Positions 48,990 to 62,632 are shown, counted from the whole stretch's first letter. The stretch is DNA of 62,741 bases, filler included, from Sphacelaria rigidula (GCA_964200075.2; 8 parts of 8 records of this genome joined end to end with filler, not necessarily neighbours in it), one strand, 5' to 3'. Notes: generated by a model from the letters alone, not told the origin. Numbers and translations: made by a program.

Positions 48990-50556
48990 GCTATGTCGTA
49001 GAGTAAAAAGCACCGCGGGTTGGCGGTATCTATCTCCTTAGACGGTGTGTGCCCCGGCAACGGTGTTGGAGCTAAAAGTGTATCTGCACATACAACTCAC
49101 AGAAAGCAAGCATGATACAATCTATGCACGGGGGTTTCTACAGTCGGTATTGTTACTCATGTGTGCTGCGGTAGCATCCCGAGAGAGCCGGTCGATCACG
49201 CCCTAGCCTGTTCGCCTGCCGCCCCGTGTCACAGAGAGTTTGTGATAAATATCTTTACCACAGTTATGAACGCTATACATGGGCAGGTAGCATAACCCTG
49301 TCCTTTATTTTGCCGGCGAAGGCAAGCAAACGACGAAATCAGCACCATCTGTAATGAGATATCTAACAGCAACAGTAGATCTAGATGATAACGAGCCCTA
49401 GGCGAATGCCGAAATTTCAGGCATTCTCCCATTTTGTTTATTTGTCGATAATAAAGGCCCTTAATTTGAATCGAAGGAATTACGAATCACCCGAACGGGT
49501 CCACAATTCCTGGCGAAGCTTTGCTACTAGCTACGCGTAGCGGCGCCTGACCTCCGTTGCCCGTAGTGAATATTTTCTTGGCACTGTGACTGCATGTGGA
49601 CTCTCCCTTGCCCGAAGCTCCATGGTCTGCATTTCGCGGGGATTATGGTCGAGGTTAGGGTTAGGGTGGGGTTCGATTGCCGATATTATCAACAGTGGCA
49701 CAACGAAGTTCAGTTTTCGTTGACAATATCAGCACAGTTCTGAGATATGGTGGACCCGTACGGTGGGCCGGAAAAGGTGTTTTTATTAAATCATTTTTAA
49801 CGGCGGAGAACAACCGAGCCACTCGTCAGCGCTCAGTAACAGAATTTGGAGAGAGCACGGTCTATCCCCTCCTCCCGCCGCCCCCCTCGAAAGTACCATC
49901 TATTATTGTCATAAGTCATTACCCATAGTTGGAATATTTGGTCCATGGTCTCTGAGCATTCTTATTTCCACCCTGGCTCTCTTCCCCCCCTCTCCGTCGC
50001 GAACCCGCTCTTTGACTACTTGCTGACGACGGTGGAATCTCCAGCCTCATCATTTCCAAGATTTTGGTGTTTTGACCTGGTGGGGTGTCCGTCCATGTGC
50101 CCCATCGACTGTGCTAGGGACATTTGGCCGGATTTCGAACGGGGTCACCGTTGTGGGCGACACGAGCAAATTGATACACAGAAGAGGTTTGCGGGTGGGG
50201 GCGGCGAGATGGGTGAGCGCGCTGAAGCAATTCCGAAAGTAGCATTCGCTGAAGAATCAGACAGACGAAGGTGAGCGCGAGTGACAGGAGCAGTCGGATA
50301 CGTCAACGCGCTGAGGAGCAACCTGCATTTACATAACACAAGGACAGAAATGACAATAGGAGCTCAAAGTCAACCAAGTACGTCAAGTCCAGAACAATCG
50401 CCATCATGGTTCTTTCGAAACACAGGACCGAGCTGCAGCGCAACCCCTCTAGCCTGAGACCAATCGAGGACGGCCATTAATGGACAGCTGTACTAGGTGG
50501 ATCGGGTCCATCTCTCCGCAACGCTTTCGATACAACTAGTTTGTTTGTTGGGAATA

Positions 50557-50905
50557 CCCGGTGGCTCAGTTGGTAACCCCGATACCTCCTGACAGTTGGG
50601 TCATGGCTTCGAATCTCGGAGCGATCTGGCCTTTTTTCTCACACAATACCCAACAGTGGAGAGCGGCTATGTCGTGGGTACACAAAATTCGACGAAACGG
50701 TCAACGAGGGAAAAGGATTGCTGAACCTCTCTCGCGATAAAAACCAAAGGTAAGCACCGCAGAAGAAAGGTGGAGAACTGAAACAAAAAGGAATAAACTC
50801 CCGTGTTGGCCATCCTCCTGTGTGACCCCGGCTGGTGCACCCACATATACCGAAACGTTTAGGTCGGCGTCCAGAATAGACGGGATGACAACACACACAA
50901 CAGCA
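50557..50905 (+). mobile_element. tRNA-derived SINE family 2, full length
   Basis: A box TGGCTCAGTTGG 50562-50573; B-box-like GGCTTCGAATCT 50605-50616; CA-rich tail. Confidence 0.75.
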
Positions 50906-51069
50906 CCACGTGCACCAGAAGCGCGAATTCATATTGAAGTGCACGATATATGATATTTGTGTGTTGCCACACTCCTTTGCTCGACACCGTGGATTTGTTT
51001 CATGGTCTCACCGTACATACAGCGGCACACGTAACTGCGTCCTCCTCGAAATTCCCTGCGCATTTCCTA

Positions 51070-52200
51070 GAAAGTGTGGCTCACGACGAGGTGATTTGCG
51101 TCTTTTGCCGTGAACACAAATACGTGTTCGAAAAATATCAGACGGTCCGGCTGAAACAAGAGGGGAAAACAGGACGTGACTAGACAACGGTTTGGTGTAT
51201 GTGCGTACGTATCAACAATGCATTTCAAATTCCATCTTCTGAGCTCGCTTATGGTTTGTAACAGTGCACGGTAGGCGAGTCGAAAGCCTCCTGAGTACTG
51301 ATCATGGATCTCGTCAGAGGTTGACCGCCGTAGGTAAAATCTGCCACATGTGACCGACACGCTGGACAGGCATGGTCAAAGCGGTGCCTGTGGAAGCACA
51401 GCCTTGGCTTTCACGTAGAATAGCGCTCTCTCTTCCAACACCACACAGTGCAGCCTGCGGACAGTTATTGTCACCGATTGTGTGCTTGATGATGTGCTAG
51501 ACTCTCCTACGCGGGATGTAATGCCGCGCTCTTCTTGTAAGATATTGTTTTTTGCGACTGTCAGACGTCAGTAGTACGCACTTTCGATGCACCAACCTGA
51601 CGACCCTGTTGCTACCTCTGACGAAAAAACAAACTCAAGATGATGTTGGACGCGCAACCGGCACCTTTCACCCGATTAGAAATGCTTGCCTAGCATACAG
51701 ATGTGGCGCTCCTACCATTTTACACCAACATCTACACATTAGCAGCAACGGCAGTCGGGAACAGAGATGGAAAGCGTGCACACATTGCGGTCATGCTGAG
51801 ACCGGTAGCATAAGCATCAGAACGCCTCCCGAAGGGATTCCTGTCTTTTTCCATCGTAGCTTCACCCTCTGATTGTCATAGTAAGCAATATGTTGAGTCG
51901 GGATCATCATCACTGGACAATATGAGGCAATATCCAGATGGCCCACCCTGCCGGTCATAAGAGTCAAACTTCAGAAAACATGCAGCGTCTGCTTGCTTTA
52001 TTATGAACAGACCAAAAGTACTCACCAAGTCAGAGAAACATGACGTGCGAGGCACACACACGAGCGCTTGGCCGCTATTCAACCACGAGCGGTGTGCTTG
52101 CTTTGGCCGGATCTCTTCCTGAGTTGAGGCAGTGATTCGCGTGACTCTAGAAATTCTTGAGGGTGGGGGGGCGGCGGGGTGTTCCTGACCGTTTGGTGTT
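51070..52200 (+). pseudogene. possible decayed hAT transposase
   Basis: fragments ICVFCREHKYVFEKY, TRWTGMVKAV, LLSPIV..LDS and HTSAWPLF in hAT-like order; many stops and frameshifts. Confidence 0.3.
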
Positions 52201-52339
52201 ACTTTGAACCGAAACAAACACTAAACGCCTTGTTTCTTCACCATTTCGGTACCAGAAATTCTCGAACGAAGCACGGACCTTATCGTCCGTATCTGTCGAT
52301 GGTGACTCTAGCTGTCAACGTTAACTAAGCGAATGCAGT

Positions 52340-52648
52340 TTTTTCTTGTCTTGTCTGTCGCACTTTGAACCCCTCCCCTTCCTCGGGACGAGTCCGTTGT
52401 CTCGAGGGATCCATCCATCTCTCGCTGGTACATGCCTTGAATTTTTGTCTCGGGGACTGGGTCAGCGCTCCCACACCGCGTCAACTCACGGCAGACAAAC
52501 TTAGTCAACTACTTTGTTCACTCACGTTTTCCCGCTTCCAATGGTGGGAGTCAGATACTAAGAAAAAAACAAACGCATCGGGAATCGAACCCTCGTTCTC
52601 TCCACATTTACGGCGACAATCGGACCATTACACCACCGGGGCGCGGCG
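52340..52648 (-). mobile_element. tRNA-derived SINE family 1
   Basis: A box 52635-52625, B box 52591-52581; body homologous to the 23569 and 36345 copies. Confidence 0.8.
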
Positions 52649-53438
52649 GCAGCAGTGCGGTGCTAGAATGCAAGGTGCAGTGCATGGCTCGTTCCGACTT
52701 GATACAAAGCGTGGAATACGTGTATATGTTTAGTCACAGATCGATACCTTGCGATCCTCTTTTGCGCAGAGACACGAAGAAAGTTGATGAAAGCACCAGT
52801 TGGTTACCTTCTAAAACTTCACACTACTTTCGGGCGTGTCAACAACATCACAATCCCACTTTTCGAGAAAATACGCCCCTTGCATCCTTACAATAACGGA
52901 ATACGGGATAGCCTCCAGTTGGCGCAAGATGAAAAAAATGTACATGTAATGTCACCATGGAGCCTGCTAGGAGATCAATAACAGGCGTTCGCATACACCG
53001 TTTTAGCCCTTGGGCCGTGCCTTTTCACCTTATTTTTCGATCGAAAACTTCCTGTGGGAAAGAAAATTTGCGATCTGATTCGTCGTCATTTACCTCCACG
53101 CCTTTTACGTTGAAATGGAAGACTTTCAGATCGGAATCCTTGTGTTCCACCGCGCTTTTTCGGTAAGACAAGAGCAATTTGATAAGACACACCCTTGGGC
53201 TCCGCCATTCACTCACTATTTGATAGTCGTTTTCTTGTCTCGATCCGACCCAACCCTACATCACACCTACCCGGCCTTGTATCATGCACGCGCGAACATG
53301 AAATCAGCATAATATATATATACGGTACCGTCACCACCCCCAGGAAAACATATTTTAGATCCGCGCGGGTGCCGGACCTACAAATCAGCAAACCGTGCGG
53401 GGTGATTTCTCCTACTATGTTGCAGGTATTCTGGCTTG

Positions 53439-53691
53439 TGTGATGCTACGGTAGGGGTGCACAAATATTTTCTGGGGTTAGAATTGTTAGGAGCCCTTTA
53501 TCCCAGGCAAAACACGACTTATGAAAATATGCGAGAGTACGCCAGGATTACTACTCCAATGTGCTGGGGATATTCCGAATGAATTTGCAAACGGGGCTGC
53601 CCTGACTCATGTTCTTGTGCACCTAGAATTGTTGGGAGCCCCTGAACCAGACAAGATTTCGCGCAAAAAGTGCACCCCTACCGTAGCATTG
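53439..53691. mobile_element. MITE with perfect 20-bp IR ATGCTACGGTAGGGGTGCAC
   Basis: IR at 53443-53462 and 53670-53689; possible 4-bp TSD cttg; exact ends ambiguous. Confidence 0.8.
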
Positions 53692-54825
53692 CTTGCTTAC
53701 GTACCGGTCAGCGCGGGCTCGAGTGAACACGGTATGCTATCTCTCTTCCCAGGGGATTTTATTCAAATGCTTTTTCGTTTATTATCAAAGTCCCGAGGTG
53801 CTGGTGCATGAACATACTACACTCTTTTTCTGTACAGTAAGGTAGGTACTGACCTGGACTTACCGTTCCATCTGTACTGTTCTGTGGTGTTGCACTGACT
53901 GCACCGACCGTCCTGTTCATTTGGATTTGGAGATACCAACACTATCTTGTGTAAAATAATACCCAATGCTATTTGAAAGTCGACTACAGAATGGCACGGT
54001 GAGGGTGATCACTTGTTCGTTGCTGGAAACTTGGTTTCGAATGTAGAAAAAAAGAAGACAGACCACACAATCACTCCATTACTGTATGGGAAATGCCCGC
54101 GTACTCCATTTGCCCAGGTGTCAGTATCCCTGCATTTATCATGACGGTGAGGGCTACCACATAGAAAACGTTACATTTCATGTGTGCTGCCTAAGATTGT
54201 TCATTAGTGCATCGTAAATAAGCCGCAGAATGCCAACTTCGCTGAGGCCTGCCAAGAGGTTCTGAATTTCAACTGCATGTAGGCCACTATTAACGACTTG
54301 ATTGTACGGTGTCTCGGGCTGCGCTGTGCCTGTTCCATGACAACTGCTGCCGTACAGCTCAGCTGCTTAGCGCAAAAGACTGAGGGAGTGCTGCTTGACC
54401 ACCGCACGGTCAGCACTATCGATGTGTCTTGTACTGTCCCGTCCCAGTTCGGCAACGCCGTCTTCCTCACGATCCACGTGTCTATTGACAGCATCAAAAT
54501 GCCACCCGCTGAGTAAAAGCGCATGGGCGTGCATCGTTTTGTATCTTTGCAAAAAAAATGAGAAGAGTCTCGGCCCCGTACAAGAAAACGTGTGTGGTGG
54601 AACGAGTAACAATGAGGTCCGTTTGGGGGTAAAAACCGGGCCTTCCAATACCCCCCGATGTTTGACAGAGACGTATACCATACGAACCAAGGGTGAAAGA
54701 AGACTGGAACGAGTGACACAGTAGGAATCAACGGCGGGGAACATGTTGGGGAGAGCAGGTGTGACCCTATTTCGACTCCCAAGACATATGGCCTTTCAAA
54801 TTTGAAATTCGGTGGATTCGGAGGC

Positions 54826-54887
54826 CCGGGGGGAGGCGGAGGGGGTTACTCGTGATCATGCATGCCATATTCATAAGACCATTGACC
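54826..54887 (-). mobile_element. LINE 3' end, subfamily B, C tail
   Basis: minus strand reads ggtcaatggtcttatgaatatggcatgcatgatcacgagtaaccccc. Confidence 0.7.
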
Positions 54888-54987
54888 NNNNNNNNNNNNN
54901 NNNNNNNNNNNNNNNNNNNNNNNNNNNNNNNTTAATTAATTAANNNNNNNNNNNNNNNNNNNNNNNNNNNNNNNNNNNNNNNNNNNN
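54888..54987. other. artificial contig linker
   Basis: N44-TTAATTAATTAA-N44. Confidence 0.98.
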
Positions 54988-56539
54988 TACCCTTATCCAT
55001 ACGCTCTCGTCGAATTTCGTGTCATCGATCACCTCTCTAATGTCACACAGTTATTCCTTGACTAAAAACCCTACTCCCCCCGCTCCCCTGCCCTTACAGG
55101 TGTGAACATACACACGTATCCAACGTGTGGGATCTCTGTTCAGCGAAAGCGATTAAGAGCTATTCATCCTTTAGCCCATGTACACATGGACTCGGGGGCA
55201 AAAGGATGAATACCTTTCAGCAGCTTTTTCTGCGTGTCGGATCCCATGCGCCGGTGACGATGTAGTATGCGGGATTTGCCCAGCAGCTGACGCTACTCGC
55301 CATGAATATCTTTTCCCCCAATCTCTGGATGAATTGGAGGGAAAAGTAAATATTTATTTCGAGCTTCTTCTGCCGGTCAAATTCCGAATCTGCCAGTGTG
55401 CATGGGATTTGCGCATCAAAAGGAGCTGTTCGAAATAGATCCTCTTTCGCTCATCTCGAAATTGGGCGAAAAAAGGATCAATCTTGAACAGCTTCTTCTG
55501 CTGTTCTAAATAAATCCTTTTCTTTGCCGAAATTAATCGGGCGAGAAAAGGATCTGTTTTGGATCTAGCTTGACCTGCTGTCCAAAATAAATTCCTTTTC
55601 GCTCGACTCAAATCGGGTGAAGAGGAATTTACCTCGGACAGGGGGCCAAGGTATTGAATATATATAAATTTACAGATTTTGTGCCAAAATATTTGGAATT
55701 TTCGAAAAAGCACTACCACATGACCGTGCAGGGCTTTGCCGACGTGCCTACACAGGGCTGCAAATCCAATCCTGGGGAAAACCCTATCAAAACGCTGCGA
55801 TGGGTACAGATTTTGCATTTCACTGTCAGGATTTTTTCACAACGACTGTGGAGGATCCTTTGCGGACCCTGCACAGTGCGCCCCACAGGGTGCTATCTGT
55901 CCGCGTGTGTGGCCCAATGGGCATCCTGACGTACTCCCGAGCACACAACCGTGAGTTCGATTCTCACCCCTGCCACTTCCCGACCATTTTTATCTGCCAG
56001 TACCGTGCCCATGCTGTATAGAGTGTATTGTATGCGTGCTATAAGGGCTGCACAGCATATTAACAGCGATGAATTCTACACAGAGTGACGAAACCCTGTA
56101 AAGCACTCTACGTGTCCCAAAATAATACCCTACACTCTAATCCCCGCGAGAAACCCTGCACAGTTTCCCTGAACCCTGTAGACGTGCCCCATAGGGTACT
56201 ATTTGCCCACGTGTGCAACGTTGCAGTGCTCATGCATACAACAGTACAGTATACAGTACAGTGTAGTACCCCTCTCCGACTGAAACAGCAGCTGCCGCTG
56301 CATACACCCTTGCACGTTGTGGGCAGTTCCGGCTACCGTGATCAAGTGCCTTTATACAGCTTCTTGATCCTCATCCACTACGTAGTTGTTCACTGCACCC
56401 TGCAAGTCATCGCCAGAGGCCAGAGGGAGAAGCAGCAACTCGTGAAAGTAGATCCGTTTATCTTTCCACAGCCCACCTGGTTTTAGGGCGTGGTAAAAAT
56501 GACCACATGGTAGCATGTACACTCCTTCCGGGGGTTTTC

Positions 56540-56893
56540 CGGCCCACCCTGTGTTAGCGTAAATAACTACGGTGTAGTATAGGTTTGGGACCCTAAAAAC
56601 GCTCCGGAAAAACTCGGGAACGGTATACTGAGTGCAAGTAATACCGTAAAACCAAGCTGCGACTGCCCTGCACTTGGAAAAGTGGGAAGGCTTATCTGGG
56701 CCAGGGATAGGGCCCCACGCGACCTTTGCAGTGGCGTCACATCCGACAACAGTCCCCGCGCTGGCCGTTCGGGTCTGGTCGATAAATTTCGCCTCGCTGT
56801 CATTGGGTAGGTCGCTCGAAGACTATTTTTTCATTATTCCACTAACACAGGGTCAACCCTGTGTTAGTGGGGGTCCGGTCCCAAAAGGGTTAA
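56540..56893. mobile_element. piggyBac-like MITE remnant with subterminal hairpin
   Basis: ends cccaaaaggg|ttaa; perfect 15-bp stem ccactaacacagggt-ca-accctgtgttagtgg at 56839-56870; left boundary approximate. Confidence 0.45.
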
Positions 56894-59800
56894 TGGCTGG
56901 TTTCAGAAAATCGAAATTCGTTGTGAAAGATGCAAGAAGCCGGGTGCAAAAACAAGTTCTGAAACTTCATTAAAAGAATGAATGCAGGGTCAGCACGAAG
57001 AGCAAGCTAGCAAACACCTGGAGTGGTGCATTTTGCCTCGGTTCATATGAAACGTTTCTGGGGGGGCTACCGTAGCACGAGTTGGGTCCAGGAACGGTGC
57101 CCTTCCCTGGCCTTGCGCTTGTTGTGGGATACGGTTTGGCCCAATATGCGATCCATTCCTATGGTTGGGAGAACATACCGCCCGTTGTATAGTTTTACTC
57201 CAAGTATCAGGTGCGTAACGACGTCAAAGGTTGAGCACAATATGTTTGTCATTGCACATTCCCGGTACCCGCACATTATCAGTTTCCAGTGTCGAGGGTG
57301 TGAGCAAAATCAGCCCCAACATGCTTTTCGACGTAAATGCTAGCTTTAAATTTCAATTGCGGCAATTTCAGTTCTTGTAGGTTTCGCTCCCTTGCTGAGA
57401 AGACACGACGCAGATATGTCAACGCCGGCATCTGTTTCTAGACCGCATGGTGGTACCCACGACGGTATTCCCCACGCTCAGGCTGCGGCTCTTGCGTGCT
57501 TTTGATCCCCAAACGACCACCTGTAGTACTATACCCTGACCGACACCACCTCTTTTGGCTCCAAAGATTTCACTTGCGGACGAAAGCAGGTACCAACGTG
57601 ATGCCTCCAATAAGAAACACCCGAGACGGGTACAACATGCACCACCCCACCGTACTGGTGCCAAAAACTCGCACGGAAAAGGTACAGCTTACACCCGGCC
57701 CCGCTGAGGCCAAAAAAAAAAGAAGAAAAACAAAACAGCAACAACAGAGTGTTTCCCCCATCAACATAACTGTTACAGATCGTTTCCATTCCCTCTTCCC
57801 GCTTCTGTAGCTGAAGAGCTCAGGCATAAACCTCAATAATAACTTGCATGCATACCATAGCACCACTCTGAGTGATACGTCCAGTGAATATGCACCGCAC
57901 CGCTTACATAGTCGTGAAAGCAACAACAGAAGACGGACGAGACTCGAAAAGCAACACTGCCTGTGAGTTTATGTGTCCACTTCACCAGCGGTGGAGGCCT
58001 GATCACCAGCACTATAGTCCTCTTTCCCGAATTAAAGTCAAACAGCACGCTCTATCTCCGAAGACATATCTTGATCAAACGTACATCATCGCATGTCCAG
58101 CCACGCACGGCGAGACAGACGCTGAAAGGTACTGTAGCAACACATGTCGCAACACAAAAAAAAAAAAGCAAAAGAGCCACCTGCGGTTGTGGAGTGTATG
58201 CGAACCCGTTAATCGCCATCATTGGTCATTATTGACCACCATCCCGATGTTTTCCCCTCTTCATATCCTTTACAGTGGCACTAAAACGCACCGAAAACGC
58301 TGTCGCTTCATTGACATTGTTTTTCACGGCGAGAAGTTGCCAAAAAAGACGCCGACGAAACAAAGTTACAAATATTGGTACAACACACGGCAAGTGTCTC
58401 CTCCTCGGAGTCATTTTCAACAACAGCAGCAGCAGCAGCAACAGGTAGTGTCCCGTTTAACGCACGATTGAACCAAACAAATTCACGCGTACAGAAGAAT
58501 AGCATAGCACATGAGTTCAAGTCCTCCAAGCACGCAACACTTTGCCTCGCGCTCTTCATGCGTTGGGCTTCACTACTTGATGCCTCCGAGCCAAGCGAGA
58601 TCTCGACAGGTCGAGACCGAAAACGTCCACCCACCCACCCCCGCCCACCCTTCCTCGTAAATTACGTTATGAAAGCACCGGAAGGTCAGCCGTAATGAGG
58701 GCATTAAACCGTGCCCTGTACGACCTCAATCGTTTTCAACAGAACGAGGGCTCGATTCTGGAATGCCCTTCGGTAAATATTCGAGAACAAGTATCATCGC
58801 CCGCAGGTACAACTCGCGGGGTCAAGAGTTCCTCAAAAACGCTACTCCCACAATCCCCCCCTCCCCGCCCCTTCCCTTACTCCCTTTTCCTCCCAACCCC
58901 TTGGTCGCGATACTGGACTACTAATTATGATCGGCAGCTCACCATCAGATGAATATCGGGGCCGGTTCGGCAGCTGGTTGGTCACGTTTACTTCCGCAGT
59001 TTCGAAATTGAGCGACGGTCAGTAAATGATGAACAGCTGCATCGTGGCTGCTCTTCAGACGTGCACGAAGCACGGCTGAAGACCAACCGATGTTCCCTTA
59101 TGGGAAACCCCGCCCCTCCGCCCCCCGGCCCGGCCCCCCTCTGCCCTCCCCTCCGTATTTCCACCTCTATCCCTGAAGGGGGGGGTTCAGGTTCAAAGGT
59201 CTTCAGTATCTATCGGCCGTTTTTTGCCACCTCAAAGTCTCATGCAAATGAATCAAAACTGACTGATGGGTATGTTGCGTGTGCGGCGTGCCGGCGGGCG
59301 GGGTAATCGATATTACCATCGAGCGATCCTACGATACAGGTAGGAGGAGGTGGGGGGGGGACAGGATCACTGCACGAAACAAAGGGACGCGTGGGTGTGT
59401 AAGAAGACCTTATGAACCTCACACACTCGTTGCCACGCGCTTGTATGTGGATAAAAACATTGCTAAGTGGTACGTTCATACCACGAGCATTCAAATGTAA
59501 TCTACTGCTTGAAGCGACGCTTCCAGTGACTGGCACCTTCGTGGAAGCAGTGGCTCAACTCCTCGTCCCCGCTCACCCCACCGTCGAATCGTAGGGTAAT
59601 TCCAACGTGACCCTCATCACTACCAATTTCATCAAGATCAGTGTCCACATTATCCACGTTAAATTTTGCGTAATTCGTATGTGAACGCACCACCAGTAGG
59701 CGGCGTGCCTACTCCGTCCAACGAGCAGACGGGTCAGCACAGTAGGGTACGCTCCCCCCCATCTCTTGCCCATCTTACCCGCGAATACCATCCACCTCCC

Positions 59801-60031
59801 GCCATGTAGCACCCCCTGCCATGTTCCACCCCTTCAACCCTTAAGAGCGGGGGAGCGGGGGAGGGGGGGGGGGGGGGGGGAGGGCAACGGGGGCGCAACC
59901 GACCACTGCCGGGGGCGCGGGGGGGGGGGGTTTGTTGACCCAAAAANNNNNNNNNNCCCCCCTCCCCCGCAATCCCCCCCCCCCCCCCCCCAGGTGCCCC
60001 CCCCTGCCTTTCCCCCCCCTTCAACCCTTAA

Positions 60032-60065
<34 letters not shown>

Positions 60066-60082
60066 GATAGTCAACGGTGGCG

Positions 60083-60229
60083 TCAACGACCATCGCATGT
60101 GGCAGCGGAGGAGGTGTTTGCTTGATCCAGAAAGCAGACGGACAAGTAAGCAGGTTCCATTTTCTCGTCTCGCTCGACTGTGATCTGCATGCACCCGCAA
60201 GCCTTGCCGTCATGAGTCTTGGCCTGGAC
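60083..60229 (-). CDS. PAS-domain protein, terminal exon
   Basis: cccccccgtccag|GTC; VQAKTHDGKACGCMQITVERDEKMEPAYLSVCFLDQ...R* resembles the final PAS/PAC beta strands. Confidence 0.8.
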   Translation of the reverse strand, partial: VQAKTHDGKACGCMQITVERDEKMEPAYLSVCFLDQANTSSAATCDGR

Positions 60230-60403
60230 CTGGACGGGGGGGAACGTGGCATCTGATGGTAGAGCCAGCATAGAGCCGATCGTGCTGCACCAGCAAGGGT
60301 ACGGCGAGGACGGGCAAGAGTGGGGCGGCGCAGGTGGACGTCAAGATATTGTTGGAACACCTATGGTCCTTCCACCGCTATGGGGTGGTATTCGACGACG
60401 TAC

Positions 60404-60446
60404 CGCGTATGTCTTACATCGCATTTGGTACTTGTCTTTTACTACA
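60404..60446 (-). CDS. PAS-domain protein, 43-nt internal exon
   Basis: ttccttcattccag|T...GCG|gtacgt; phase 2 to phase 0 exactly bridges the neighbouring exons; SVVKDKYQMRCKTYA. Confidence 0.7.
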
Positions 60447-60913
60447 CTGGAATGAAGGAACTGTAGTGTACTGCACTACTTAGGTGAAGAAAAACGAGCG
60501 ATCTGAACTCAGGTGATTATGTTAGGCATGGGGAAATTGCAAGTCAAAAAGTCACGATCCAACGGTGAATATCATTCTCGGTGTTATTCCTGCCTTGCGC
60601 GAGACGCTATCAACGCCCATACCCTCCCTCCGGCGTGAAGCAAAAGCAAAAGCTGAGAGACAGTTCGATACACCCTAGTTTTGAGCTACGCATGCATAGG
60701 GAATCCAGCCTGTGCACCGGTAGCGGCGTTCTGCGGGATTTGGATAGCGATCCAGCAGCGGGAGGACATGATCCGTTCACGTTGGTATTTTGAAGGATCA
60801 TATCCTTCTTCTCAATTCTGTGGGGAGTCTTGAGAATAATGGATGTCGGAATAGGAAAACGAAACACCCCGCGAAACTGCAATAAACACCAGGAAAATGA
60901 CACACGTCGTCAC

Positions 60914-61059
60914 CTGAAGGCGTGTTGAACGAAGCCGTCCAGCACGAGATCGAAGATACTCATGTGCCGAGCATCCTCACGTGAGACGCCGGCCACCTCC
61001 GTCAGCCTCGAGTTGCAGTCCAGCAGGTTGCACCCCATGTCTGCGATGGCCATCGGCAC
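60914..61059 (-). CDS. PAS-domain protein, PAS core exon
   Basis: ctcactcgcag|GTG...AG|gtgacg; VPMAIADMGCNLLDCNSRLTEVAGVSREDARHMSIFDLV fits the PAS pattern h.h.D..G.h...N......G....E....s.f.l. Confidence 0.88.
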
Positions 61060-61674
61060 CTGCGAGTGAGATAGGAAATCGAAAGCAAGTGGTCCAACGC
61101 AAAAAATGTATATTCATACATGCACGTATATGCGTTAAAGCGTCGAGATTCATCCATTGATTGGTTCATCGATTCATTGGTTGATGGACGGACTGCTCCA
61201 TTAGTCAAATTCATTCACTGTGTGGCTGAGCGGTTGATCGGTTGCTTTGTGGTTGAATAAGTCGGTGCTTCGGATGATTGATTTGACGTGTTGGATTTGC
61301 CGCTCACGTGCTGGCTATTTTCAAGTTGGGCCGACTCCCCCAATGATTAAGACTATTCGACCCAACACACTTGTGGACGGCGTCCTTCCGTCAAACAAAA
61401 TCTGGTTTTCCCCGCCATTGAAAGCGTGAAGATCTGAGAAGAAGCAAAGCTATTTGATGACGAAAATCGCCGGACCACGGGAGTGCTAGCTACCCCGATG
61501 CTCGCTGAAAATCTTTGTCAGCCGCGACAAATCCGCAAAAGACAGGAGCATGACGATGACAGTAACATCACATCCTGCTAAATGCGAAACACGAGGGGAG
61601 AGTAACCACCATCATCACAACGGATACCTACCGCGGATTGACGTCACATCCTCCTTTCACCACGATCCGCTCAC

Positions 61675-61979
61675 CTCAGAAGCGTGGAACATCGAGTCGA
61701 GACCCGCAGCAACGCTGGCCTCTCCCGCCACCTTGGAATCTCGCTCCGTCCCGGGACTATTCTTGAGATCCTCTCCTGGACCGCTCCCGGGACCATTCTG
61801 AGGGCTGTTCTTCGAGGGAATTTTAGCGCCCCCACTTAGCCCGGAGATGAGTGATGAGCTGGACCCCCAGGCACCCGCCGCTGCGGCTGCGGCTGCGGCT
61901 GCTGCCGCCGCAGAGCGGTTCGGGCGCATGGTGCCGGTCTGCCCGTACCTGCGCCCACCAACGCTGCTCCTCACGGTAC
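61675..61979 (-). CDS. PAS-domain protein, low-complexity linker exon (5' exons not identified)
   Basis: ccccctcag|GT...GAG|gtgagc; 305 nt, poly-Ala; ends LDSMFHASE, in frame with the PAS core. Confidence 0.8.
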
Positions 61980-62632
61980 CTGAGGGGGTGGTTGACGGTG
62001 GCGGGTGTAGAAGATAGGCGACACGCGAAAAGCGGCATCAGCCGATGAGAAGAGCAAGCATCGACACACACATACATGTTTGTGGGTGAAACAATGTTTT
62101 CGTGAGATTGAGAGCCTTATGGTCACAACGATAGTCGAAGACACGCCGAAAGGTAAATAAGCAGAACACTTGCGAAAGAAACTCGAGAGAGAAGCATGGG
62201 AAAGGAGGGAGAGAAAAAGACGGCAAAGTAAAAAGAACAACCGCATCCAAAACAAACATGGAAAGAAACGACCAGGCTCTAGCCGCAGGGCATTGGTATA
62301 TATCGTTTCGTGAAAAATTGACGGGTTGTTGGATGCCACCATCAACCCAGTTATACGTCTCTAGCGCTTAGCAGATAAGTCGATGTGCGACGAACGACCA
62401 AGCAATCAACCGATCGGTCAAGCGAGTATACTGCGAAGTCTTATTTCTCGGAACTGTTCACCCGAAAATATGAAGTTACTACAGTAGTGCCGAGCGGGGT
62501 GTTGCAACAGAAGACGTTGTGAGACTGAATCGCCACTGTATTCCGAGACAGTTTCTAATCCGGGCAGCTACGACAGAAAAATTCTACATCCCCCGCCACT
62601 GTTGAGGGGTTTTTTTCATTCGTCAACGGAGG

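Noticed and set aside
54204-54512. candidate minus-strand exon after ttttactcag
   Set aside because: Two frames are open and neither is recognisable; it could not be linked to other exons.
59825-60065. G-quadruplex cluster with duplicated cccttcaacccttaag
   Set aside because: It flanks an N10 gap and consists of long homopolymers, so it is probably low-quality or mis-assembled sequence.
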